Positions 39,301 to 50,925 are shown, counted from the whole stretch's first letter. The stretch is 63,884 bases of DNA, filler included, from Intoshia linei (GCA_001642005.1; 7 parts of 7 records of this genome joined end to end with filler, not necessarily neighbours in it), one strand, 5' to 3'. The notes: generated by a model not told the origin, from the sequence alone. Numbers and translations: made by a program.

Positions 39301-42094
39301 AGAATTCGAATGACTATATTGTTAAATGTTATTTTATATAGACTTACATTTTTTTTAAATATAACAATATTATTGTGATAAAATGGATTGCTCAAGGCAG
39401 CATGTTGTATACCCTGACCTAGATTAAGCGAGTTATTAAAATGAAAAACAAAAAAATGACAAATAGTTGAAACAAAACACATTTATTTATTCATATTTAT
39501 ATTTACACTACTTTATATGTAGTTTATTTTATAAAAAAATAATCAAAAATTCCAAATCTCAAAATAAGTCATCATTGATGAAACTCATCAAAAATAAACC
39601 AATGTGAAAGGTAATCTTTTTATATTGCAATATTGATAGGTTCAACTGAAGTAAAAGTGATATTATTTAATCAGTCCGTTTGCATAGTTTATTTCAGAGG
39701 TTATATCAATATTAAAGTTCATAATGGGCAAAAGTTTACAAGGATACAAACATTCAAAATAATCTATTATTAATTGTTATTGTTCACGTTCGTATTTATC
39801 TAGGTATGAGATTTACCCCAAAACTTTAAGCGGTTAACCGTTAATAAAAATTTTTGTGAAATACATCAAGAATTACTAAATGTTTCCTTTGGGTCAAAAA
39901 AAATAAATATTTTGAAATGGGGGTCCGTAGTATGGAGTCCTAATTATTTGAAAATTTGAAAACGGTTATCGAATAATTCCGGTTATTTGAACAACGATTA
40001 ATTGGAATTTAAAGTTTTTAACATAATAAACCAATAATGTTAATATAAAATGTTAATCTTTACAAATCTAAAAAATTTAAATCACACTAAAAGATGCCGC
40101 AAAAATATTCGATCAATTAAATATAAAAATATAACAAATTTTTGTAAATAAAAACAAAACGGACTCCGTACACTATTTGAATTTGAATTTAAATTATTTG
40201 AAAATCATAATTTTAGTTTGATCTTATTTGACAATATATTTTGAAGATTAACAAAATAAACTACCATCTATAAAAATTAGAGTTACATTATTGATTTGGG
40301 GCACTTTTTCGCCGTCATGTTAATTTCATACAATAATAAAATAATGTAGTTAGTTGTGAAACATATGTCAAATGAATCTGATTATAATAGATTCATATAT
40401 TAACAATTACAACAACATGTAAATCAAATAAGATTACGTACCTTTGAGGCATTTTTTTGTTATTAGTCCTATATAGTTGTAATTGAGATTTAACCATAGA
40501 TTGCAAATCTATAACTACTTCCATTCTACCTGTCTGTGAACTACTACGCGCCGCATATGCATTTGGAAAGTTATCAATACTAGCTACCACCTAAATTGTA
40601 TAAATATAATACAAAAAATAAACCGGTATATCACAGTGTTTGTGAACCCATTTCCCATTGGGATGTACTCGGAAACAATTAAATAAATATTTTCAATATA
40701 TTTCAAATAAACTAACCCTTAAAAAAAAATCCAGTTTTACCTACCATTTAAAGAAAATTACACTTTTACCTATTATTAAAACTTGACAAATTATTATTTT
40801 TTAAAGTGGAATATTTTTCATCTTTTATAAAATAGTTTATGCAATTTTATAAATCTTACGTAATTATCTCCTTACTTATATAATATGCTACGCGATTTTT
40901 GTTTGTGTGTGTGTTCAACTTTATTTAAATAACTACCCGTTTTAGAATTTTATAAAGCCCACATTTTAATTACAGTTTTTTCCAGGGATGTTCGCAAACT
41001 AAATTTATACTCCCAAACTCACATCTTACGAGTCAAAAACCCCAATTTTCCTTTTTTTGAAAATCAAACAAATTGTAGAATTTAAAAAAATTATATCTTC
41101 AGGGCCAAAACCCTAAATTACCCTTCTTTTTTTAATGAAAACAATCCTACAATTTCAAAAAATTTACAGGTTGTACAGTTGTATCCTGTTAACACACACA
41201 GAAAATTTCAATCCAAATGAGTGACGATTTCACGGTCAAAAAAGCATTTTAGTATTCATATATTGTTTTTCGAAATATTTTATTAAAACAAAAAATGACA
41301 AATAATTAACGCTCCGAAAATTAAAAAAAATAAATTATTCTGATAGAGCTTATTCTAGTTGATATAAATACAAAAGTTCAATCAAAAAAAGTGCATTGAA
41401 CGTCTACACAGTTCCTATAAATAAATATGGGTGAAAATCTATATAATTCATTCCTTCGGATTTTTTTTCATTGCTAAGATTGATAGATTGACATGATTAA
41501 TAATAGTGAATAGTAAGATTTTTTAATTAGATTTTCAACGTTAATTTATTTTTTAAGTATAATAAAAATGTGCCCTCGGCAGAGCTAGTTCCTGTTTGTA
41601 CGTAGTACATAACAGTCAACCCAGTATTTATATAAATTCACAATAACCCATAAAATATACACTTTTTCAATTCAATAAAGGTAAAGGTAATAACATTTTA
41701 TCTAATCTAAAAAGTTTGAAAAGCCTTGAAAATTATAATTTTGTAAACTAAATGGAATTTCATGTTTGAAATTTAATTCCATACCCAAAACGAAAAGAGA
41801 GCGTCTTTTAGAATGCCATGTAATAGTTGATAAAAGTAGATTTTTCAATTAAAAGTTATAAAATTTTGATTTTTAGTAAAAATGGTTCGATTTTGAAAAA
41901 ATTTAGAAAAAAGTTTTAAATAATTCATATATGAATCATTGGATGTGAAACTGTTAACTGTATAAATACAATATATTGTATTATGATTTATTAAAATTAC
42001 GGCTGCAAAAGATTTGGCGTTTGGATCAAAATTTCCAGAAGGATGAGTAACGTCTGCTCCGATAAACATCACAGGTACAGTCGTAAGTGGTATT
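36392..42094 (-). CDS. AGO: Argonaute (AGO clade) PIWI-domain exons: 42094-42001, 40590-40441, 37585-37540, 37500-37374, 36806-36712, 36649-36392; 5' part not visible
   Basis: [68 protein letters not shown]. Confidence 0.93.
38548..38937. mobile_element. hAT MITE related to 9001-10250
   Basis: Ends CAATGGTTCCCGATT / GGAAACACTG; internal similarity to 9001-9310; TSD degraded. Confidence 0.65.
38977..39416. mobile_element. hAT MITE
   Basis: Ends CACGGTGTACAAC / GTTGTATACCCTG; perfect TSD ACCTAGAT. Confidence 0.85.
40867..41624 (+). mobile_element. Apparently full-length non-autonomous Helitron (about 760 bp) in an AGO intron
   Basis: A|TC(TC)CTTACTTATATA 5' end; 3' hairpin and CCAG|T (CTAG variant); no TSD. 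Confidence 0.8.
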
Positions 42095-42515
42095 CTAAAA
42101 GATATAATAAAAGTATGCTTAATTTCTTAATAATAACACAAACTTAATCTAGAATATTATAATAATTAGTTACCTAGATATATGGACAGTAGCGGATCTA
42201 GGTGGGGCGGATAAATGTGCCCTAAAATATTTTAATTTGTGTATTAACATTGTGAAAATTTAAAAAAAATTTCATGGACCCATCGTTTACGTTATATGTA
42301 TAATATACACATGTAAATAATAAAATATAATATAATTATTTAATATAAAATATACATATACATTAGGGTGTCCACTTTTTAAACTTTCCGTTGAATTAAC
42401 AAAAGTATATTTTACNNNNNNNNNNNNNNNNNNNNNNNNNNNNNNNNNNNNNNNNNNNNTTAATTAATTAANNNNNNNNNNNNNNNNNNNNNNNNNNNNN
42501 NNNNNNNNNNNNNNN

Positions 42516-43101
42516 TTGCTCTGATTAAATTTGATAGGATATTGTTACCTCCATTACACTTAAAAATCGAATTATGCTCACAGTTTTTAAAATGTTTAAG
42601 AAAGAGATCTCTCGACCCTTCTCAACCACATATTACTTTAACAAATGCTCTGCCACGTTTATCAAAAATGAAACTGTTGGCAGGAGTATTAAATGGACCA
42701 GAAATCAAACAACTTTTTATGTCTAAAACATTTGAAAACAGTCTATGTCCTGATGAATTAAATGCATGGAGGTGATTTAAGTATGTCGTTAACTTTGTAT
42801 TAGGTTATTAATTTCATATAAAAATCTAAAATTTTAATTAGGTAAAGACAAATTTCCAAATTTTAAAAGATACATAGAATATTTGCTTAATTCGTATTCT
42901 AAAATATGCCGTTTGATAAGTTTTAAAGTGCACCTGTTGCAATGCCATTATGATCGATTACCAGTTTCTCATCTTATATCAGATGAGCATGGTGAACGCT
43001 TTCATCAAAATTTGAAAACATTTGAAACCCGATTCAAAGGCAAATCAATGAATTTGATGATTATTGACTATATTTGGTTTGTAAATTTTAGATTGTTGTG
43101 A
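42516..43101 (+). mobile_element. Degenerate Chapaev3-like (CMC) transposase C-terminus
   Basis: LPPLHLKI, KLLAGVLNGPEI, SFKVHLLQCH, SDEHGERFHQ, DYIW. Confidence 0.7.
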
Positions 43102-43559
43102 AAAATCCATTAAATTTTAATTTTACATTATTTTTAATACCGTATAACAAAATTCTCGATCTCAGTTTAGCATTGCTAAAGGTAGAATAAAAAGTAGACT
43201 CTTGGATGTATATATCACTCATAAAAGTAGAAATCTATTCTTCAAAAATACTAAATTTTCTAAACAAATAAGAGGAACGCCACAGGCTAAATTCTAAAAT
43301 ACTTCAAATTTTGTAAATTTTTTTTTCGCTATGGTACATATATACGTATATTGCCACAAGCCAAATTTTTGGTTGAATCCATAACTTTTTTAAAGTTCAA
43401 ATAGTGGGTTTTAGATTATGGGTTTAGATTATGGTATTTTATGCCTATTATATCTCGAAACGTCGATCTGACTTGACAAATTTTCTACGTCTAATATAAA
43501 TATTGTCAAGATTACACCAAAGCCAGAAACGAATTTAAATTTAGAATCTCATTTGTCAC

Positions 43560-44946
43560 ACATGAATTTAGATTCACTGTGATAACTCTTGACATATTGG
43601 ATATTTTCCAATACCCCGTAAATAAATGGTCTTCACATGAATCTTTTAGAAAAGCTGATATGTTTATATCATTTTTAAATGTTATTTTATTTATTTCTAG
43701 TTTATTATATACAGCTTACAAATCTTACCGAAAAACAATAAAACCCCTCCTTACTGAGACTCTTACTTGAGAGTGAAAAAAACAAGGTTTATATAGGCAA
43801 AAAGTTATGAAAATTGGAATGAACATAAATTGAATGAGGTTATTTATTAATAAGTTAAAATAAATTGTATTATATTATATTCATTAATTTTGTACTAATT
43901 AATAAAAAACCAATTAATTTGTAATTTTATAGGTTATTTTTTCGGACGAATGAATGATTTGTGTGATTGGCAACCAATGTAAAAATGTGCGCAGAAAATC
44001 ATGCGAATCATCAAGGTTAGAGTGCATCATACAAACAGTAAAATTTCTAACAAAAGTAATGGTTCGGGCCATATCTTCTGTGAGAATGGGTGAATTACAG
44101 ATTTGTGAAGGTTTAATGAACCAGCATACCTATAAAAATGTATTAAACAATTTTTTTGATGAAATGACACAACGACACATTGATCAAGAGCATATATTCT
44201 AACATGATTCCGCTCTATGTCACAAAGCCAAATCTGTAACTTCATCTTTTATGTCTCTCATGTTTCAAAAACGAAGGGATTTCCGTTATTGAGTGACCCG
44301 AAAATTCCCCAGATATGAACCCAATCGAAAATGTATAAGTACAATTGAAAGAGGAAGTTCATAGAATTCCAATAAGATCAAAATCGCAACTGATTATTCG
44401 CCTACATACAGTATGGAACAATTCTCCTAATTTGTAAAAATGACAAAAGAGTGTATTAATAGTATGCCACGGAGAATTATGGCTCTCATACATGCTAAAG
44501 GAGATGTTACAAAATATTAATTGATTCCAATTAAACATAAATATATGTGTAACTTATATTCATAATTTTATTTAATTTCATCTACTCATTACTGAATTAG
44601 TTACCACAGAATATATTAAAAGCAATTATTATAATCTTATGATCAACACTGTAAATATAATATAGGTAGTCAATGATATCTCAGAACGTGCAGTGGCATT
44701 GATTGACCCATAAATGAAGATTCTAAACAAAACCTGATACAGGTTGTCGAAGAGCATAGAAAAAAACACCCGAAAGCTAAAAAATCAGATTATGTAAAAA
44801 AATAACTATTACCTTTACTGGGGCAGGGGAAATTTTTATAATTTTGAAAAAATTTTTGTGGTATGCTTCTACTTATACAAAATGGGGATGGTATGCAAAA
44901 ATAGTTTTTGAAATTAAAAAAAAACTCAAAAATGAATCACCCTAAT
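43560..44946 (+). mobile_element. hATm-like transposase 3' relic split by a Tc1 insertion
   Basis: PVNKWSSHESF...FL (43610-43680) resumes as VVNDISERAVALI and QVVEEHRK (44668-44770); terminus CACCCTAA at about 44940. Confidence 0.6.
43800..44651 (+). mobile_element. Degenerate Tc1-family transposon, copy 1
   Basis: VIFSDE, HDSALCH and NSPDMNPIEN motifs with stops; ends CACTG|TA. Confidence 0.88.
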
Positions 44947-45086
44947 ATATATAGTTAACATTAATTTGCTAAATACTGTTGTACAAATATCAAAACTTTA
45001 AATATTTATTTAAAGTTGGAAAATTTAGCCAAGTCTATACAAACAAATACACATATTTTTAAAAATAAAAATTTCAGTTTTACGAA

Positions 45087-46130
45087 ATGCAACATTTTTT
45101 AAATAAAATTATAAACAAAAACGTAATATTGGATGAAAATAAAAATATATGTATATCGCCAATTTCTTTCCATACAATTATGTCCAAGTTGCTTTGTGGG
45201 GACGAAAAGCACATCGAAAAAATAAAAGAATTGGAGAATAATACAAAAAACGTTGAAAGCATAATAAAACGACCTTTAAACAACAACTACGAATTTCAAG
45301 TTATTAATAAAATATACGTTAGTTTTGATTACGTTATAAATAAAAATTATATACACAACCTCACCGTACATGGGTTTGACAATAACTTGATTGAAAGGAT
45401 AAATTTTTACAAAAATGATCACGCAATTAAATCTATAAATGAATACATTTTTAATGCAACAAATCGAAGAATAAGTCAATTTCTTCTGCTAGAAAATATA
45501 ACCTCGGATGCAAAATTGGTGTTGGTTAACATGTTAAATTTTAGTTGTAGATTTAAAATCCCCTTTTCAGAAGAAAACACAACTACATACTCATTTTTGC
45601 GACGCAATGGAACCTATACTCGTTTAAAAACAATGTTTGTTGAAAACTATTTTTATTACGTTTCGAGTAAAACTTGGGATATGGTAGAAATACCACTTGA
45701 AGTAGAACAATTTACACTGTTGATCGCGCTACCAAAACAAAATATTGACATTAACCAGGAACAAATAAATGAATATTTCGAAGAAAACAAATATTTCAAT
45801 TTATTACAGCTGTATTTACCAAGATTTAATGTGTCAAATTGTATAGACTATGCCCCATACCAAGATGACAAGTTCAACATTTCAAATAATTCACAAATTT
45901 CACATGAATTAAAATTAACAAATTTTTTCCAGCACAACGAAGTGAGCATTAATGAACACGGTATAAATGTGGCTATAGGAAAAAAACTTCAAATTAGGAA
46001 AAGCACTACAGAAAGTGAAGAATTATCAATAGAAATGCGCATAAAATCTACCTTTTACGCTTTGATTCAATATCAACCACAAAATTCAAACAAAAAAACT
46101 ATTTTATTTACATTATATATAAACAATTAA
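45087..46130 (+). CDS. Divergent intronless serpin-fold protein (347 aa)
   Basis: NICISPISF, INEYIFNATNRRI, LVLVNMLNFSCRF..PF, LYLPRF, VSINEHG; atypical hinge; no signal peptide. Confidence 0.85.
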   Translation: MQHFLNKIINKNVILDENKNICISPISFHTIMSKLLCGDEKHIEKIKELENNTKNVESIIKRPLNNNYEFQVINKIYVSFDYVINKNYIHNLTVHGFDNNLIERINFYKNDHAIKSINEYIFNATNRRISQFLLLENITSDAKLVLVNMLNFSCRFKIPFSEENTTTYSFLRRNGTYTRLKTMFVENYFYYVSSKTWDMVEIPLEVEQFTLLIALPKQNIDINQEQINEYFEENKYFNLLQLYLPRFNVSNCIDYAPYQDDKFNISNNSQISHELKLTNFFQHNEVSINEHGINVAIGKKLQIRKSTTESEELSIEMRIKSTFYALIQYQPQNSNKKTILFTLYINN

Positions 46131-46864
46131 TTTCCAATCTGTTCACGTAAAACAATTGAAAGTCTACGATTTTTATCTTTAGATGTTAATCCATCTTTTA
46201 AAATTTCATGCGTATAATTATAACGCGCCTTTCCCCTAAATTTTGGTCAAATTGAAAAAAGCCAAAAAAACTTTAAAATGTAAAGACTTTTTCTTTTCAA
46301 CATAAAATCATTATAATCTGATTGATCCTTAGTATTTCTGAGACGTAGAATACTGTCAGAACAAAGAGATAGCACTGATATGACTTGACCGCAAAACTAA
46401 TTTTTTTAAATAAGACCAAACATATTCATACGCGTATTGAATCAACATGTGGTTTAATAAATCCGCTTTTGGAAATGTCAATTATATGGAAAAATTCGTT
46501 AAAATTTATAACACGTTTTATATTTTTCTCAATCTTTTTTTTCATTTGACATACAATGTCATTGTTTGCATCTTGTCTAAAATTTGGTCTTTCGGTTTCG
46601 CGATAATCAATTATTGCCTATTTTAAAATATCAAAAAAGAAATACAAAGTTACATCATCCCAATGATTCGACTGGTAAATTGTTTTTCTAAAAATGAAAT
46701 TTATCTCATTAATAAGGTTATCTTCTTCATTATTATCTAAAATTTTTTAATTATTCATAAACACGAAACTTTTCACTTATAAAATCGTTTATCAATATAA
46801 AATCATTTCCCAAATATTTTTGACAGGTTTGCAACCGTGTTGATAAAAAACGACATAAAGCCAT
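46127..46864 (-). CDS. ALKBH7: AlkB homolog 7 (mitochondrial 2OG-Fe(II) dioxygenase), 5 exons
   Basis: MALCRFLSTRL transit-like peptide; YQSNHWDDAIIDYRETE; GFIKPHVDSIRFCG; SLYILKGKARYNYTHEIL; RRLSIVLR. Confidence 0.92.
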
Positions 46865-46903
46865 GATAAATATTTATTGATATTAAATATTACTATGAAA
46901 CTA

Positions 46904-47757
46904 TCAAGTAATTTTCCGTGCAAATATCTAAAATTGAACAATTCATTATTTTACAAGTAATGTATTACATATTTTTTCTCATCTGGCACATAGTGGTTCA
47001 TTGTTTTGATGTAATTCACAGCAGTTTCCAGTATATCTGTTCTGTCCATTTTTTTTTCTATACCCGGTATAAGCATTTTCAAATCTTCAATAACCAAATT
47101 TAAGCGAACTCTTAAAAATAAAATTAGATTGGTTGGACTTTATGGAAACAACCGAGAATCAATATTTACTGTTATATTCAACTATAAAATATTGCGCATT
47201 GTTTACTCATTTGCCTTCGTCACGTTTTTACAATTCATTGAAACTTGAAAAAACAACTAACGGAAAGTCAATAACACTTTACAACATTTTATAATTTTTT
47301 GATATTTAGTGCTAGCTAAAATATATATAAGTGATAAACAATTACCGTCTAAATCTTTCTTTAGTATTGTGATCTATATGTTTAATACTTTTTCCAGCCA
47401 TTTTGAGATTCGTAATATCACGCATTTTGTGTAATTTTTCCATATATTTGCTGTGTTTAAACTGCAAATCACTATTAACTGAATCGGTAAAATCTGAATT
47501 GATTGTGTCATCCATATATTTTTTCTACAACATGTATTAAAATTTAAATAGCTATACATCAAAAGGATAAGAATTCCAACGGTCATCTTCAAACGAATGA
47601 ATAATTGGTGGTTTCGAATCAAATCCATCTATTGGTCTATAAATATAAACATGTATGTAATTTAATATTAGACGATTAACTGAAAATATTGATCCATATT
47701 GTCCAAATTTTGAAGGTTGGGTAATAAATTTTTATAAGAATCATTCTCTTTATCCAT
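46904..47757 (-). CDS. bHLH transcription factor, 5 exons
   Basis: HNTKERFRR|VRLNLVIEDLKMLIPGIEKKMDRTDILETAVNYIK; all splice junctions GT-AG and in frame. Confidence 0.85.
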
Positions 47758-47886
47758 TATTGTTACAAACAAATATTAACGCACAATAATTTTTTAAAAA
47801 ATATAAGTTGTATCCATCAAAATATTGGCGGTCTTATTGAACTTGGCAACAGATATGAGATAGGATATGTAGCGTTTATTAGTATT

Positions 47887-48887
47887 TTAAAATCTAACAA
47901 AATCTACAGTTTCGTAAAAATTTTCGTCTGGGTCGTATGTATGTGATTTACAGAAATATATTTCATTATAATTTGCATCCACACAATCGTGGAATGGTAT
48001 GTCTTCGTACATTTCAAATTTTAATGCTTTTTTACCTAAATTATTAAATATAACACATTTATGTACATAAATATATTTTAACCTCTTTTTTTTACAGATA
48101 ATGCCATTCGAATTAAAGATAAATGAGGGACAAAATTATCATCGTCTTGATGTTGCAAATATTTTTCCATGCCGTTTTCAGTGAAATATTTAAGAAGTTT
48201 GTCTGAAAATATTCATTATGTAAAGTAAAACATTCGATACCTCTGACGATTGATAATTTTTCTACGGATCTTTCGGATGGTTTTGCATATAATACTCCAC
48301 TACGGCGGAAATGCCCTAAAGCATCAAACTTCAAATCCGTCATATCTATTTTTATGTTCCCCTGTTTGATATTTTCTTGAAACGTTGCAAAACATTTTTT
48401 TAGTCTGTAATGTAAAGTAATGGGTATAAATTATAATTACTCTGTCAGCTCTGTTTCGTTGTATATCACCACTATAAAAAATGTGACATGGTATTTAAAT
48501 GATTCAATCTTTGAGTCAGTATATTCTGGGTATTCTTTCAAGAAAATATCACCAACAGCTGTCAATGAGCTTTGTACCTTTGATAAACGATTTAAAAATT
48601 AATTTTTGCATTTATTGTCAAAGTAAATTTACTATTGTATTACAACTTGCGTACACATCAATTTACAATTTACGGAAAGTGTAGTTATGTAACTCGACAA
48701 TTTCAAGTCGAAAATCGGTTTTAAAATTTATTAAATTTTGTACTTTTTATATTACAGATTCTAATGATATATCTTGAAAAGTGTTCACAACGTAAAAATT
48801 TAGATGTAAATAAAATATCTACATAAAAATGAAAATCACTGAAAGGGTCTAAAAGTAACGATTTCTGTCGTACAAAACCGTTGACAT
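47887..48887 (-). CDS. AKAP7-like 2H phosphoesterase (2',5'-PDE fold), paralog 1; first two exons tentative
   Basis: Both 2H motifs YHVTFFIV and FVPHLSL; LKFDALGHF..VLYAK; IYFC..FYE C-terminus. Confidence 0.75.
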
Positions 48888-49079
48888 TAAAATTTTACTA
48901 AGTCACTAATAAAATTTCATTTTAAAGAAAAAATACCTTTACATTATCAACTTTTATACAAAAAAAGTACACATCTTTCATATTTAAAAGTAAATTATTA
49001 TGTTACCAAGTTGACATGCACATTTTTTTAAATTGTAGAATGAATATTTACTTTTTTATTTTACATTATGTTAATCAAA

Positions 49080-49980
49080 CATTTGAAAAATATTGGTTGA
49101 TAATATATTAAAAGTTAGTTTTCACAGGAATGCGTAATTTCTGTGGTTGAAATTTTTTATTTATATCAAGTGGACTAAGCTCTGTATCAGATAATCTTTT
49201 TTAATTGTAGGACCGTTAATTATTTCAAATTTTTTGTTTTAATAAAATAGTTTCGATGTAAAAAAACTGAATACTTATGTCTTTTTTTGACAGTGAAGAC
49301 CGTCACTTTGTCAGATTTAAATTTTTTATGTGATCTAACTGTATCAACGGTAATTTTTTTTAATTATTTAAAAAAATAGTAATCTGCGATTTTGATAATG
49401 AAAATGATCTTTTTTCATGTTTCCATTTATGATAATGCTTATTATTTTAAAAACTATCCCATAATTTATGTTTTATAAAATTTTAGGACATGTTTCATTT
49501 TTAAAAAAACTGTAATTTGTGGTTTTAACCATAAAGGTATGAGTTGTCGAGGTTGAGATTTACGACAATGTTAATTATTTTAAAATACATCCTAGAATAT
49601 ATGCTTGAATACATTTTTGGGTTGATTTTATTTTTAAACAAAGGGCAAATAGGGTTTTTGACTTTTATTCAAATTGCCATTTATAATAATGCTTATGATT
49701 TTAAAAACTATCCCAGAATCTATGTTGTATAAAATTATAGGACTTATTACAAAAATGTGTGATTTGGGGATTTGGCTGTGTAGATATAAGATTTTGAAAT
49801 TGAAAATTATCATAATGGTAATTAATTGAAAATCTTTATTAATTGTGTATTTTTTATAATTTTGGGACGGGTTTGAGTTTAAAAAAAAAAACAATTGGGC
49901 TTTTTTCCTTGAATTATAATTATATCAATTAAATAATCTGCCATCGGTACAGCTAGCAGATGTTTGTACGAAGTACATTT
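49080..49980. mobile_element. Helitron family copy (minus-strand body) with an adjacent plus-strand 3'-end remnant
   Basis: Similar to 19300-19900; degenerate 3' hairpin at 49940-49978. Confidence 0.7.
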
Positions 49981-50428
49981 TAATAAATATTTTTAATAGC
50001 ATTTTGTAAAATACAATGTATGAATTAATTGGCCATCAATAAAATATCTATTATTAAAGTTTTTACGATTTATATCAATTTTAAATTTTTACGAAAAAAT
50101 ACGTGGCCCTTCATAATTCATGAATAAATTAATATTGGGGAAATGTAGCTGTTTTAAAAAAATTTTGAGAACTCGTTCAATACCATATTAATAATTCAAA
50201 ATATTTAGTTTTAATGATATTTTATTTGGACCAGTTGAACATTATTTACATTCTTAATTTATTATAAGAAAATTATATTAAAAAAATTACTCAAGAAAAT
50301 GCCCTAGTCAGCAGTAGTTACAAGTTAAATTGTAACGTAATGTATATTAGTAACACACATGTAAAGTACAGTAATGTAAATTGAAATAACTACAGAAAAT
50401 GGAGTTCAAATAAAAATTAAGGCGTTTA

Positions 50429-50729
50429 TTAAAATGTAGCACTATCAACAATTTCATAAAAATTGTTTTTAGTTTTAAATAAATCTCTTTTGCATAAATA
50501 TAAAGTGTTAAAATTGATTGGTTCTGTTTTTGTAAATTTTATATTGCAGTACATGTTAGTTTTTATAATGTGTTTCCCTAAAATGTTTAAAAATGAAACA
50601 AAAATAATTTACGTAACTTTATGGTAGGATCCAATTGAATCAAAGTAATACGTGGAATGTATTTGTTGCAATTTTCTTCCTGAATAGTATCTTTCAACTC
50701 ATGTATAGTAAAATGGTGTATTAATTTTT
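50429..50729 (-). CDS. AKAP7-like 2H paralog 2, last two exons (50729-50613, 50577-50429); 5' exons not found
   Basis: EKLIHHFT...YIPRITLIQL and MYCNIKF...LYLCK...NFYEIVDSATF align with paralog 1 at the same intron positions and phases. Confidence 0.7.
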
Positions 50730-50767
50730 CTATATAACAGTAAAATACATAAAATTATATATAAAAA

Positions 50768-50925
50768 CTAGCTTGGCTGTTTTGTACTACGTACAAACAG
50801 CACTTAGCTCTGCCGATGGCACTCTTTTATTATACAAAAAAAATTCACGTTGAAAATCTAACTTAAAAATCCTACTATTAACTATTATCAATCCTTTAAA
50901 GGAGTGGTTCCCAAATTTGTTTCAN
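50768..50925 (-). mobile_element. Helitron family 3' end
   Basis: Reverse complement reads CTGTTTGTACGTAGTACAAAACAGCCAAGCTAG|T. Confidence 0.8.

Noticed and set aside
36392-50729. Argonaute, 2H-PDE, serpin and ALKBH7 as a single defence island
   Set aside because: An assembly gap separates AGO from the others, ALKBH7 and the bHLH gene have no known link to it, and adjacency alone is weak evidence in a eukaryote
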